From contig CAVSWR010000022.1 in assembly GCA_963731685.1 (NCBI GenBank), positions 52,985 through 116,984 of the forward strand: a DNA stretch of 64,000 bases. Direction: 5' to 3'. The notes beneath the pieces are model-generated. The model had not been told where the DNA came from. It made no database searches and saw only the letters and a program-made list of their open reading frames with translations. The position numbers and the translations under genes are program-made. This document shows positions 1 through 10,263 of this stretch, one piece after another (position 1 is the first letter of the stretch; every line of letters begins with the position of its first letter). Source of the DNA: an uncultured Planctomycetia bacterium. GTDB taxonomy: Bacteria; Planctomycetota; Planctomycetia; Pirellulales; S012-138.

Positions 1-1424
1 GCGTAACCGCGGCCAGGTTTTTAGGCCATTGCCCGTCGTGCTCGAACGCCCACAGGCGCAAGGCTTCCACGCAGCGCAACTGCGCGACGCGCCGCTGAAT
101 GCGGGCCTTGGCGGCGGCCACCGCTTCCACCGAGGGCAACAACAGTTGGGCCAAAGACAGAACGCCGCCGCCGGCGCTGTAGTAGCCCTCTTGCCTCACG
201 CGCTGTTCGGCTTGCCGCAGGCGCGGCGCGGCTTCAGGATAAGGCAAATAGAGCCACTTGAAGGTCTCACCCCAGACATAGTCGTATCCGTCGCGCAGGT
301 GCATCGCGACCGCCTGGAGTGTGGGCATCGCCTCAACTTCGCTCCGGCTGTATCCCTGCGAAAGAAGCCACTGCTTGGCCTCCGGATAATCCTTCAGCAT
401 GAATCCGGTGAGCGCTAGCTGACGCTTCCAATGCGACGAGGCGCCATTGGCGCCGCCCAGCATGCCGCCCGCGTCAATGAAGGATTCGACCGTGCTTTCC
501 ATTTCGGCCTGCCACTCTTTGAGTGGGCGCGGCCGCTCGGGATCGCGCAGAATCGGCAGCAATTGCAGCGGCATCGCCCGTTCTTGCGATAAGGCGCCGC
601 GCATGCCGATCAGCGGATCGGGCAACGCCGTGAGCGACCAGTACAAATTCGGCGCCTTGGGGTGCTGGATAAAGGCTTCCAACTGGTCGAACATCATCTC
701 GCCGATGGCCATGCCGAGCAACGCGTTGATCAACGTCCTGGGTTTGGCGATGTCCCTCGCCAAAGCAAGACCGGTTTGCAAGGAGTGCAGCGCCTGGTCC
801 AAATGCCCGGCGGCCACCTGCATCCGAATCCGCAACTCCAGCGCGCGGGCCAGGTCGCGCGACATCTGGAATTCTTCGATGCGGAAGGAAACGATCTCGC
901 GCCCGCGCATCTCGCGCAGGCGGAGGGCCCAATCGCAATGGTCGCGCCGGGCCGCCTTGTCGAGCTCTTCGAACATATTGCTCAGGGCGCGAGCGTGTCT
1001 CGCATGTCGTCCAGCGGCAGTTTGTCGACCGGCGCCTCGCGCCACTGCTCGTACTTTTCGTAGAACTCTTTGCGCGACTCGGCTCCTCCGGGCATGGACC
1101 AGACGCCCGACCAGGCGATCATCGCCCGGTAGTAAAGCGGAGCGCCGTTGCCGGGTGTCACATCCAAGTAGTCGGGCAGCAAAGGGTTCCTCAGCGCCCG
1201 CGCGGCGCGGGCGTCGCCGTCACCCGCAGGCGGGTCGTGGGAAGCCGTGGTGGATCGCCCTCCTCAGGTCCGCCCTCACTGGTCTCGGCAGACTCGATCG
1301 CGCTGACCTGCCCTCTTGCCGCGGACGCCGGCGCCAACGCCAGGCCGACGGCCACCATCCACATCGCCCCGGCGCCCAAACACGTCAACCGCCGCGGACG
1401 AGCGACGCGCGCCATGATTGCCAT
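1..1424 (-). CDS. hypothetical secreted protein; the gene's 3' end runs off the window start; two apparent frameshifts (~1259, ~985)
   Basis: Signal-like N-terminus MAIMARVARPRRLTCLGAGAMWMVAVGLALAPASA (ORF 1191..1457). It continues as ...LLPDYLDVTPGNGAPLYYRAMIAWSG... (ORF 982..1182). It then continues in an unlisted open minus frame that I translated by hand from ~985 to base 1 (...ALSNMFEELDKAARRDHCDWALRLREM...QHPKAPNLYWSLTALPDP...). The amino-acid composition is normal, unlike the Arg/Pro-rich plus-strand ORFs here. Confidence 0.5.
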
Positions 1425-1453
1425 ATGCGTTCTTCCTAAGTACAAGAGAAGTC

Positions 1454-2142
1454 TCACTGGAACAGCCGGTGTTGAAACAAAGCCGGCGCCGAGGGATGGA
1501 TGCCTGGGAAACCCGCAGCGGGCGGCGCCACGGTTTCACCCGCGCGGGGCGATTGGCTGGCCTGGTCTTCCTCCGCCGATCGCACGACCAACTGCGGAAC
1601 TCCGATTGACTCGACGCCCAACGACAAGGCGGTGTTTCGCTGTCGCAGATAGTTCGGCTGACCTATTGGACCGCCCGGCGCGACGGCGGACAGGCCGCTG
1701 AAGGAATCCAACTGCGCGTCTTCCGCCGGCGCCCCGTAGGCGCTTAACGGCGAACTTCCCTCCGACGGCGAACCATCGGCGAGGCCAGGCTCAGCGACAT
1801 GCGTTTGCGGGGTCTTAACGGCGCCGGCGTCCGTCCGAGCTTCCGCCAAGCCATGCGAACTTGCGCCCGGCTCGGCGCCCAGGTTCACATCGCGCACCTC
1901 AGTGACAACGTGCGGGTTCCAGCGCGCCACCAGCAGCGCCGCCAACACAATCGAGAGGGTGGTGGAAAACGCCGTGGCGCCGCGCCACAGCCAGCGCTGC
2001 GAAACGTTCCGCCGCGCCAGCGCGGCTTGACCGGCCAGGAACATCACCTGGTCGCGGTCCATTTCGCTGGGACGGGGCGCAGCGCGGCGAGCCGTTGCTC
2101 GAAGTCGTCGGCGCCGCCGGGGTTTATGATTGGGTCGGGCAT
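1454..2142 (-). CDS. anti-sigma-like single-pass membrane protein (partner of the upstream ECF sigma); apparent frameshift ~2090
   Basis: ATG at 2142 overlaps the sigma gene stop (2124) by 19 nt. Reads MPDPIINPGGADDFEQRLAAL..., then in ORF 1454..2308 ...RPSEMDRDQVMFLAGQAALARR, one TM helix (WRGATAFSTTLSIVLAALLVARW) and a Pro/Ala/Ser-rich tail. The call rests on position and architecture only. Confidence 0.45.
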
Positions 2143-2642
2143 GGTGATTCCAAACGCTTGCGAAGCGCCGCCAGACCGGACTGATAGCGCCGGTGGGCGG
2201 TGCTGGATGAACTCTCAGTGACTTCCGCGATCTGCTGAAAGGATAGCCCACCCCACAGGTGAGCCACAATAATCTCACGCTCTTCGGCGGGCAACGATTG
2301 CAAGGCATCTGCCGCGGTGGCCGCGTCCAAGCGCGTTTCGTCGCTGGGCGTGAACCAACCGGGCCCCAGCGACGCCGCGGTCGCCTCGTGCCGCCGCCGG
2401 CGTCGGGTAGAACGACTCACGCTGATGGCCCGATTCCGCGTCACGCGATACAACCACGGGACAACATGCGTTGGCTCCTGGGGTTGTTTGGCTAACTGGA
2501 TATACGCCTCTTGCACGACGTCTTGAGGCGCATCACACCAACTCGCGGCGTAAAGTTCCAACGCCGCGGAATGTTGGTCGATCAGGTGACCAAGTCGCTT
2601 CGCGTCAATCGCGGTCATGCTAACAAGTTCAGGCTGCGTCAA
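2124..2642 (-). CDS. ECF-type RNA polymerase sigma-70 family factor
   Basis: Region 2 (...DVVQEAYIQLAKQ...WLYRVTRNRAISVSR) and region 4 HTH (LPAEEREIIVAHLWGGLSFQQIAEVTESSSSTAHRRYQSGLAALRKRL). The start is uncertain (TTG 2642 or ATG 2618). Confidence 0.8.
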   Translation of the reverse strand: MTQPELVSMTAIDAKRLGHLIDQHSAALELYAASWCDAPQDVVQEAYIQLAKQPQEPTHVVPWLYRVTRNRAISVSRSTRRRRRHEATAASLGPGWFTPSDETRLDAATAADALQSLPAEEREIIVAHLWGGLSFQQIAEVTESSSSTAHRRYQSGLAALRKRLESPCPTQS

Positions 2643-3506
2643 TCGTTACAAGAATAAGACGCTTCTGGCCAACGCGCGTCCCAGAACAAAGTTCGCGACT
2701 CGTGCTTTGCAATCCTAAGAAATGTGCATTCAAATCTTTGGAGGGCGACTGACCGGAGTCATTTTGGTTGGCGTTTCGGTTTCCGTAAACGACATGGAGA
2801 TAACGGCTTGCGGAATCAATCCGTGAAGAGGTGTTATCGACGCCAGTCAATCCGGCGACGACAGTCGCCTGGTTGGCGGGGTGCGCACGGGTGTGGCTGC
2901 GGGCCGGCGGGAGCTTGCAAGCCGAGTGCCGGACCGAGGGGCCGGCAGCCCGGAGACCCCGGCTCCGCTGGGGGGAAGCCGGCACAAACAGCAGTTGACT
3001 TATTCATCCAAAATCTTTCGGTTGACCATAAAGAACAATGCGACCGCATGCGATACACATCAACGCAGAAACTCGTCCCTCGGCGGGGAGACCTTTCCAG
3101 AGCCAGGCTTTGCGTCAGGCGACGCCTACCTCAAATTCGTGTTCGTATGGCCCAAGCCCATCTGCCCGGCCAGGTTCTTATCTAGAAGTCGTATCGCTTG
3201 GAGAATTCCGGCACAATCGGGACACGTCTTCTGATCGCCCGTTGGGTAGCTCCTTGCATGGATGAATCACACTGAACATGGTCCATTGCATTGAGCTCGT
3301 TCACCTATCAGCTGTTGATAGCCCAAGTCATCCCAAGAGGGATTCTTGTAGTTGATTAAGTATTGCGGCCTTCGATTCCACATGTTTTCTTGACGACAGC
3401 AAACGCCGCGTTGAGCAGGTGGGAAATCGCAACATGCCTTGCTTCCGGTCATCGAGCATCCAAGCTGGCCGTGGCAGGTCCCCCAAACCTCGCTTCAATG
3501 GCAGAC

Positions 3507-4358
3507 TCAATCGTTGACCAAGATACGGCATGCCTCGTCGTGCAGCAGTTTGGCGATCATCCAGTCGTGCCAAAAATCGCTCTTTAGCGCCAGGTCCGTC
3601 GTCCTCAAACGCTCGCGAAGGACGTTATCCGCTTTGTGGAACGATGTTCGCGCCCGCTCGGCATCGCCTTGTTTGGCGAAGCTCATGGCTTCGATTAACC
3701 GACAGATGGCATAAACGTCTTGGGACGGTTTGTCTTTCAACGCGTTCACCTTGTCGGCTTTTACGACCATGCGATGAGCCGCTTTGTAGTCGCCGTAGCG
3801 ATAGTACGTCAGCGCGGCCGTTGCCCAGAAGTAGTGCTCCCACTTGGAACCGCCTCGCGCGCTGATTTCGCTCGTGGCCTGATCGATGAGCTTTCGCACG
3901 GCCGCCTCTTCAGCGACCGGTTCGCGCGGCAACACGCACATCTTCGCACGCTTCTCGCGCGAGTACGGGTTATCGCGGTCCGCGTGCATCTTCAAAAAAT
4001 CGTCAACCAGTTTTTCGTACGACATCCGATCGCCCGCCAACAGGAACGTCACGCCGGCCAGCATCCAGGTGTTGGCGTCGTTACCGATCTCGGCCGCACG
4101 ACGGAAATCGGCCGCAGCTTTTTCCCAGTTGCCGCCATAAGCGAATTGCCGCCCACGTTTCTTGAACAAATCCGCGCCCGCCTCGTTGCCGGCGTCCGCG
4201 ATCGCCTTGTTGAGCGGTTCGATCAACTCGGTTTGCAGCGGCGATTTAGGAAGATTGATCGGCTTGAGCACCGCCTCAGGCTCGACTTCGGCAGCCGTCG
4301 CGAGCGGCGCCGCAAGCAACGTGACAACAATCAACAAGTTCGATTGAGTGCGAAACAT
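3507..4358 (-). CDS. secreted TPR-like repeat protein
   Basis: ATG 4358 is preceded by AGGAGG. Signal peptide MFRTQSNLLIVVTLLAAPLATAAEV. Helical repeat stretches (GNWEKAAADFRRAAEIGNDANTW..., YKAAHRMVVKADKV...). Confidence 0.55.
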   Translation of the reverse strand: MFRTQSNLLIVVTLLAAPLATAAEVEPEAVLKPINLPKSPLQTELIEPLNKAIADAGNEAGADLFKKRGRQFAYGGNWEKAAADFRRAAEIGNDANTWMLAGVTFLLAGDRMSYEKLVDDFLKMHADRDNPYSREKRAKMCVLPREPVAEEAAVRKLIDQATSEISARGGSKWEHYFWATAALTYYRYGDYKAAHRMVVKADKVNALKDKPSQDVYAICRLIEAMSFAKQGDAERARTSFHKADNVLRERLRTTDLALKSDFWHDWMIAKLLHDEACRILVND

Positions 4359-4443
4359 TGAATCCTCCTGTTCGTTTGCAGATGGTTTTCTTCTCGCGAA
4401 CTTCATTGCGTGTTGCGGAAAAGTGTGTAACGGCTTTGCCGCG

Positions 4444-7314
4444 TTAATGAGGCTCAGTGGTGGTCAATAGCGGCAGTTGCCAAACTCGCAGGGCGTAGTC
4501 GCCGGTCTTGATGAGCCTGTTCTGTTCGTCGCTCCACGTTGCGCCGCCGCCGAAGGCCACGTTACGGCCGTCGGACGAGATTGCCAGTTTGGTGGCTTGT
4601 CCCAGCGCGTCTTCAAAGCGGGCGACCTCCTCACCGGTCTCCGCATCCCACACTCGCACCAATCCGGCGGTCGCCGAAGCAACGACAAATCGGCCGTCGC
4701 TCGTGAACTGAGGGCTGATGAGATTTGTGCCGCCGACGTTCAACCTTTTCACCAGTTCCCAGGTCGCTACGTCGTAGATGTTTTCGCCGCCCACCAGCCG
4801 TCGATCATCCGGCGAGAGTGCCAACCATCTTCCGTAGCCCTTTCCGTCGCTACGCCGCTCAACTTGTTTCGTTGCGACGTTACACCAGATCATCGTACCG
4901 TTGTATTCGCCAAACACGATTTGCTGGCCGTGGGACGTCCAGCCAATGGACTGGATAGGCGTTCCGTTCGAAGGAAACTCTGCCAACTGCTTCCCCGTGG
5001 CAACATTCCATACGCGAAGCATCGGCCCTTCCCCGCCGCTGGCTAACTTCGTTCCATCGGGAGAAAACGCGACGGCCAACACTCTTCCAGCATTCCCACC
5101 GCGCCAGTTTCCCTGTTCGTGCCCGATGAAGTGGTGAACATCGCGTTTCGACTTCAGATCCCAAAGCACGACTTGCGTTCCGAACATGCCGGCGACTACG
5201 GTCTTCCCGTCCGGCGAAACTGCCAGGCAGAGGACGGCGTGCGGCGTGTGAATGGTGTCGAGAAGTTTGCCGGTGGCCACTTCCCACACCCGCACCGCCT
5301 CATCGAATCCACCCGTGACAATCCGCTGGCCGTCCGGCGTAAAGGCGACGGCATCGATCATGTCGGTGTGGCCTTCGAATCGACGGACGTCGGTAGATTC
5401 GTCTGATGTGGACTTCGACCACACACTCTCCGGCAGCCGCCACAGCCGCAGCGCGTTGTCGCCGGTCGCGACGGCTTTCGAAACGCCTTCGTCCCAGTAG
5501 CTGCCGCCGCCGCTGAGTACGTGGCGTCCATCGGGGGCGACGGCGAGCTTCCACGTCACCTGGTCCGCTGCGACAACGGAGGCCACTTCGTGGTTCGTGA
5601 GGACGTTCCAGACGCGGAGCGACTTATCCAGGGCTCCGCCGACAATGTGACGACCGTCGGGCGTGAAAGCCACCGTTTGTACTGTCTTCTCGCTTTGGAA
5701 GTTGCCCACGCGGCGGCCGGTTGCCGTTTCCCACACCAGCAGGCCGTCCTGCTCCTTTCCGACGGCGACGAGCGTTCCGTCGGGGCTGACGGCCACGCTC
5801 AGTACGCTCCCGTCTGAGCTTTCGAAGTCGCGCACTTTCTCTCCGGTTTCAAGATCGAACAGCGCTGCGTCTCCTTCAAAGCATCCCACGACGAAATGGC
5901 GGCCGTCGGGTAGCAGCGCAGCACAGTGCGCCCGGGGAACGTCGAAGCGGGACAGCTCCTGCAGCGTTTGGGCACCGAGCAGCAGCACTCCGTGTTTGCC
6001 GTTGATCACGAACAGCCGTTTGCCATCTTCCAAGAACTTTGTCTCGCGAAGGTAAGCCGGCACCTCAAATTGCTTTGTCACGAGCAGCTTTCCGGACTCG
6101 ATGTCCCACAGTCGAACATGATTGTCCATGTGAGCCGTCACCAACTGTTGCCGATCGGGCGAGACACCCAGGCCCATCACGGGAGCGAATCCGTCGGTGG
6201 TGAAGTCCCGCAGCGAGCGGCCCGTCTCGACGTCCCACAGAAGAAGTTCGTACTTGCCGCCGGAAATCACCCGCCGATTGTCGAGGAAGACCATCGGCCG
6301 GCTGATGGGGCCGGTGTGCCCCATGAGGCGGCGTTCGAGGACGAGCTGTTGCGGCGGCTGTGGGCTAATTGAGCTGTCGCCTCGCGAATCTCCCACGACC
6401 GCCGCCAAGCCCCAGACCTTGACTTCGCGCATTCCGGCGGTTGCGAAGTGTTTCCCGTCGGGAGCGAAGGCGACATCACGCACCCAACCGTCGTGGCCGT
6501 TGAATTCGGCGACGAGTTTCTTCGTCGTCAGATCCCAGATGCGGATCGCGTCGGCTTGGTGAGCCTCGCCACCCCATTTGGGGTTGCTGCCCCAGTTGCC
6601 GCCGATCGCAATCAGATAGCGCGAGTCGGGCGAAAACGTGACGGCCGACACGGCATTCTGCATCTCCTTGAACTCCATCAGCTTCTCGCCGGTCGCTGCA
6701 TTCCAAACTCGGACCCACATCTTCCACGGCTCGGAACCCTTCAGCCCGTTGCCACCGGTGGCGATCGATTCTCCGTCGGGCGAAAAGGCCATCTGGCCGA
6801 CGCCGTAACCGTTCTGGAAGCTCGTCCGCTTTTGCCACGTTATTGTGTCGTACAAATCGGTCTGGCCCGAAGGGGTTTCCGAAACCGCAAGCGTCTGGCC
6901 GTCGGGCGAGAACAGCACTCGATGGACGCGACCGTAGCCGCCGAGTTCTTTCACCAGCTCGTGGGACTCGATGTTCCAGACTTTCGCCGAACCGTCCCAA
7001 CTTGCCGCGGCCAGCAATTTGCTATCGGGCGACAGCGAGATGCTGTGAACCAATCCGCCGGTATCGAAGCGATGTGCGAGTTTGCGCTGCTGAAGGTCCC
7101 ACAGAAGCACTTTCTTTTCCTGGCGGCTGGCGGCGGCGAGCCATTTGCCGTTCGCGGAGGCGACGAGTTGTGACACGTCGCTTGTTGCCGCATCCAAACC
7201 GTTCTCAGCACGGTTGGCCGAACCATCCAGAAAGTACAACCGGCGCGCAGTTGCTGCTCTCGTCGTAATCCGACGTGACCAGTGTGCCATCGGGCAGGTA
7301 GGTAAGCGTAACAA
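4444..7314 (-). CDS. WD40 beta-propeller repeat protein (~20 repeats); probably the C-terminal part of the upstream kinase gene
   Basis: WD40 repeats throughout (SPDSKLLAAASWDGSAKVWN, FSPDGTKLASGGEGPMLRVWN, etc.). The repeat pattern continues across the overlap with the kinase ORF (...TLTYLPDGTLVTSDYDESSNCA | RRLYFLDGS...). This is consistent with a 1-nt indel near 7250. Confidence 0.85.
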   Translation of the reverse strand: MLRLPTCPMAHWSRRITTRAATARRLYFLDGSANRAENGLDAATSDVSQLVASANGKWLAAASRQEKKVLLWDLQQRKLAHRFDTGGLVHSISLSPDSKLLAAASWDGSAKVWNIESHELVKELGGYGRVHRVLFSPDGQTLAVSETPSGQTDLYDTITWQKRTSFQNGYGVGQMAFSPDGESIATGGNGLKGSEPWKMWVRVWNAATGEKLMEFKEMQNAVSAVTFSPDSRYLIAIGGNWGSNPKWGGEAHQADAIRIWDLTTKKLVAEFNGHDGWVRDVAFAPDGKHFATAGMREVKVWGLAAVVGDSRGDSSISPQPPQQLVLERRLMGHTGPISRPMVFLDNRRVISGGKYELLLWDVETGRSLRDFTTDGFAPVMGLGVSPDRQQLVTAHMDNHVRLWDIESGKLLVTKQFEVPAYLRETKFLEDGKRLFVINGKHGVLLLGAQTLQELSRFDVPRAHCAALLPDGRHFVVGCFEGDAALFDLETGEKVRDFESSDGSVLSVAVSPDGTLVAVGKEQDGLLVWETATGRRVGNFQSEKTVQTVAFTPDGRHIVGGALDKSLRVWNVLTNHEVASVVAADQVTWKLAVAPDGRHVLSGGGSYWDEGVSKAVATGDNALRLWRLPESVWSKSTSDESTDVRRFEGHTDMIDAVAFTPDGQRIVTGGFDEAVRVWEVATGKLLDTIHTPHAVLCLAVSPDGKTVVAGMFGTQVVLWDLKSKRDVHHFIGHEQGNWRGGNAGRVLAVAFSPDGTKLASGGEGPMLRVWNVATGKQLAEFPSNGTPIQSIGWTSHGQQIVFGEYNGTMIWCNVATKQVERRSDGKGYGRWLALSPDDRRLVGGENIYDVATWELVKRLNVGGTNLISPQFTSDGRFVVASATAGLVRVWDAETGEEVARFEDALGQATKLAISSDGRNVAFGGGATWSDEQNRLIKTGDYALRVWQLPLLTTTEPH

Positions 7315-8935
7315 ACGACCCGCCGTGCGGAATTACGCGGACGGGTCGAGCCGATCGATTGACGAGCGTCCCCGCTGTGGGCCGATCGACCGACTTTAGT
7401 TGGCGTTGTCGATCAATTACGATGTCTTTGCTCGGCTCGATTTTGACTTCGCCGCCGATCACGGCGACGCGTAGCACAAGTCGGTCGCCCCGGTTCAGGA
7501 CCAGCGAATCAGTTTCGACGACGGCGCCGTTCTGCTCAACCGTGAACCTCTGCTCCGTTCCAGGTTTGACCGTGAAGACAGTGCCGAACCCTTGGCGATC
7601 TCTGAAATTCACGACTTCTTCGCCAAACTTCACTTCAATGGCTGGGTCGGCGATTTCGAATTTGAGCGTTGTCTTCCCGAGTTGGATGTAAAAGACGGCG
7701 GCCGCGATCAGTGCGGAAATCAAACCCAGAAGCGCCGCCACCACGCGGGGAAATCGCCTTCGCTTGTTCTCCGATGAATTCGTTTCAGGCTGGGGCGCGG
7801 CGTCGCGCTGTTCAGCCGTCGCTGGGAGCGAAGCGGATGCAAACGGAGTCAACGCTTCAGCAACTTCGGCCGGTGTCTGAAAGCGTTTATTGGGATCTTT
7901 GGCCATCATGCGACGGATGACTGCCGCCAGTTCATCCGGCACATGGGCCTGGATGCTCTGGATCGGCTCGGGCTCGACTTCGGCGTGGCTCTTCAGCTTG
8001 TGCATCACACTGCCCTCCACAAACGGCGGGCGGCCGGAAAGCAGATAGTAGAGGGTGGCGCCGAGGCTGTAGATGTCGCTGCGGATATCGGCCCGGTGCG
8101 CGTCCCCTGCTTGTTCAGGCGAGATGAAATCGGGCGTGCCCATGATCGAGCCGGCCGCCGTCAGTTCACTGCAAGGTTCGGCTGTATCCGCGTCGGGCAA
8201 CGCATTGGGAGCGAGGGACGCTAAACCGAAGTCCAGGATCTTCACCGTTCCGTTTGCGGTTACCATCAAATTGTGCGGCTTGATGTCGCGGTGGACCATG
8301 CCCATCTCGTGCGCGTATTGCAAGCCGATCGCTGCCTGACGGACGTAATCACACGCTTTTGCGGTTGGCAGGGCGTCTTGCTGCTTGACGGTATGAGCCA
8401 AATCCACGCCGTCGACATACTCCATCACCAGGAAGTGAACATCGCCGGCCTGCTCGGCGTCGTGAGCCGTGACGATGTTCGGGTGAGACAGACGTGCCGC
8501 CGTCTTCACTTCGCGGTGAAAGCGATCCACAGCCTCTGGTTTGCGCACCAATTCCCGGTTGATGATCTTGAGCGCCACCGTGCGGTCCATCATACGGTGC
8601 CTGGCTTTGTAGACATCGCCCATACCCCCCTTGCCGATGAGTCCTAGAATCTCATACCGAGGATGCTCGGCCAGCGGCACTGGGATGTCTTGTGTCGACG
8701 AAGACTGGCCCAGGGACACTCGACCCGGGTCCACCGTTCGATCCGAGGGTAACTGCTCTGCTTCCTGGAGCAGTTCGACGAACGTATCGTCACTGGATAA
8801 ACTGAGCAGTGTTTCGCAGCACGGCTGACACTCGCTGATATGGCTTTCGAGTTCTGCGGCAGCAGCGGGGGTCAATTGTCCCAAGGAAAATGCGCTCAGT
8901 TCTTCACGGCTCGGGTGGGTGGCTTGCTCGGACAT
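7205..8935 (-). CDS. membrane Ser/Thr protein kinase with N-terminal zinc anti-sigma (HxxxCxxC)-like segment
   Basis: Kinase motifs HRDIKPHN, DFG and GTPDFISPE. N-terminal ...ELESHISECQPCCETL (His-x3-Cys-x2-Cys). TM helix VVAALLGLISALIAAAVFYI. ATG 8935 has GGAGG 7 nt upstream. The ORF-track start 9091 would overlap the sigma gene. Confidence 0.85.
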   Translation of the reverse strand: MSEQATHPSREELSAFSLGQLTPAAAAELESHISECQPCCETLLSLSSDDTFVELLQEAEQLPSDRTVDPGRVSLGQSSSTQDIPVPLAEHPRYEILGLIGKGGMGDVYKARHRMMDRTVALKIINRELVRKPEAVDRFHREVKTAARLSHPNIVTAHDAEQAGDVHFLVMEYVDGVDLAHTVKQQDALPTAKACDYVRQAAIGLQYAHEMGMVHRDIKPHNLMVTANGTVKILDFGLASLAPNALPDADTAEPCSELTAAGSIMGTPDFISPEQAGDAHRADIRSDIYSLGATLYYLLSGRPPFVEGSVMHKLKSHAEVEPEPIQSIQAHVPDELAAVIRRMMAKDPNKRFQTPAEVAEALTPFASASLPATAEQRDAAPQPETNSSENKRRRFPRVVAALLGLISALIAAAVFYIQLGKTTLKFEIADPAIEVKFGEEVVNFRDRQGFGTVFTVKPGTEQRFTVEQNGAVVETDSLVLNRGDRLVLRVAVIGGEVKIEPSKDIVIDRQRQLKSVDRPTAGTLVNRSARPVRVIPHGGSFVTLTYLPDGTLVTSDYDESSNCAPVVLSGWFGQPC

Positions 8936-9053
8936 GAAACGACCTCCAAGAAATGACCGTTGATGTCGTCGCCCGGCGGGCATGTTCCCCCCCGGCGATT
9001 GCGAGTCGAGTGACCCGCCGCTACCTACCAAGAGCCGATCCGGGAAAGTTCTT

Positions 9054-9665
9054 TCAGCTCGTGGCAAAAAAACCCGAAGTAGACTCCACAAGCCCAGTAG
9101 CCTCTTGTCGTAACCGGCTTAGCACACGCGACTTAGCGATAAACACTGCATTCGCCGAAATCTCCAGCTTCCGAGCGACAACGTCCGCGCGTTGGCCATT
9201 CAGGGCTACCAGATAGAATGCCTGCCACGTGGTGGGAGAGAAATGAGGCTCTACAAGAGCCAAGAGCTGGCGAAGGACAAACTGATCGTGCTGCCGGTTC
9301 CAAATCTGACTCATTTCGCTGGCTGGGTCATCCAGCTGTGCCAGCCTTTCGTCGATATCAGAGTCACCTCGCGCTTGAGGACGACGCGCTCGTGCGCGCC
9401 AGAACCAACGCAGTCGATTGACCAGGATTGCCTTCAGCCACCCGCGGAAGGCGCCTGGTTGACCGCTATGATCGAATTTGCCAAGGTCCTTCGATACGGC
9501 CAGCAATACCTCCTGGACTAAGTCATCGGCATCGCTGTCTTGCACGTCATACTTCCGCAACCATGCCCGGATCAGCGGCGCATACAACTCCACTAGCCGA
9601 TTCCAGGTTTCGGATTCGGGTGAGCGGCGTAGGCGGTCCAACAAACTTAGCGACGTTTCATTCAT
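9054..9665 (-). CDS. ECF-type sigma-70 family factor (kinase-associated type)
   Basis: MNETSLSLLDRLRR... N-terminus. Region 2 DLVQEVLLAVSKDL...FRGWLKAILVNRL. Region 4 ...ADVVARKLEISANAVFIAKSRVLSRLRQE. It lies directly upstream of the kinase gene. Confidence 0.85.
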   Translation of the reverse strand: MNETSLSLLDRLRRSPESETWNRLVELYAPLIRAWLRKYDVQDSDADDLVQEVLLAVSKDLGKFDHSGQPGAFRGWLKAILVNRLRWFWRARARRPQARGDSDIDERLAQLDDPASEMSQIWNRQHDQFVLRQLLALVEPHFSPTTWQAFYLVALNGQRADVVARKLEISANAVFIAKSRVLSRLRQEATGLVESTSGFFATS

Positions 9666-10263
9666 CGAACCCGATTATCAGGCACAAGAACGCCTGCGCC
9701 AATGAATTCTGTCGACATCGGCCACAAAGCTTTCTCCACTCCGTCGGTCGAGTTCGCCGCTGCGAGTTGAAGCCGACAAGCCTCTGCGGCGGTCGTTCTA
9801 CCCCGGCTGCGATCACCGCCCGGCTGAAGCGATTCAACGCAGCCCGGCGAAAGCAAAATGCCCAGCCTCAAAGTTCGCGAGCTCGAAATGACCCCCGGTC
9901 AGTTTGTCCCGTACACGAACCAACTGTCATTGGCGCGTCAGCAAGAGATCGCCGTTGGTTTTTTGACAGCAGAGCGTACTTCCGAGAGAATCGCCTGGAC
10001 GCCTCTAGCAAAAAGTTCAATAGCCGTCCTGTCGCCCGGAGGCTCCCGCCGAGCCGCAGTCGGGAGCCCCTCCCTACCGATTGTTTGGCGGAATGTAGGC
10101 CCCACTCTCCGAGTGGGGATCGCCACACGGAGTGTGGCGTCTACAGTGGCAAGCGGAATAATTTCGGCGCCGAGGAAACTTTTGCAAATCCCCCGCGTCT
10201 ATAGTACCACGCCCGGCGAAACACAAACCGCTAATCCCTAGTCCCTTACGAGGAGTGGGTAAC

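Noticed and set aside
7205-7314. Programmed ribosomal frameshift joining the kinase and WD40 reading frames.
   Set aside because: There is no slippery heptamer or downstream structure at the junction (aactgcgcgccggttg). An extra C in a short run explains it, like the other indels.
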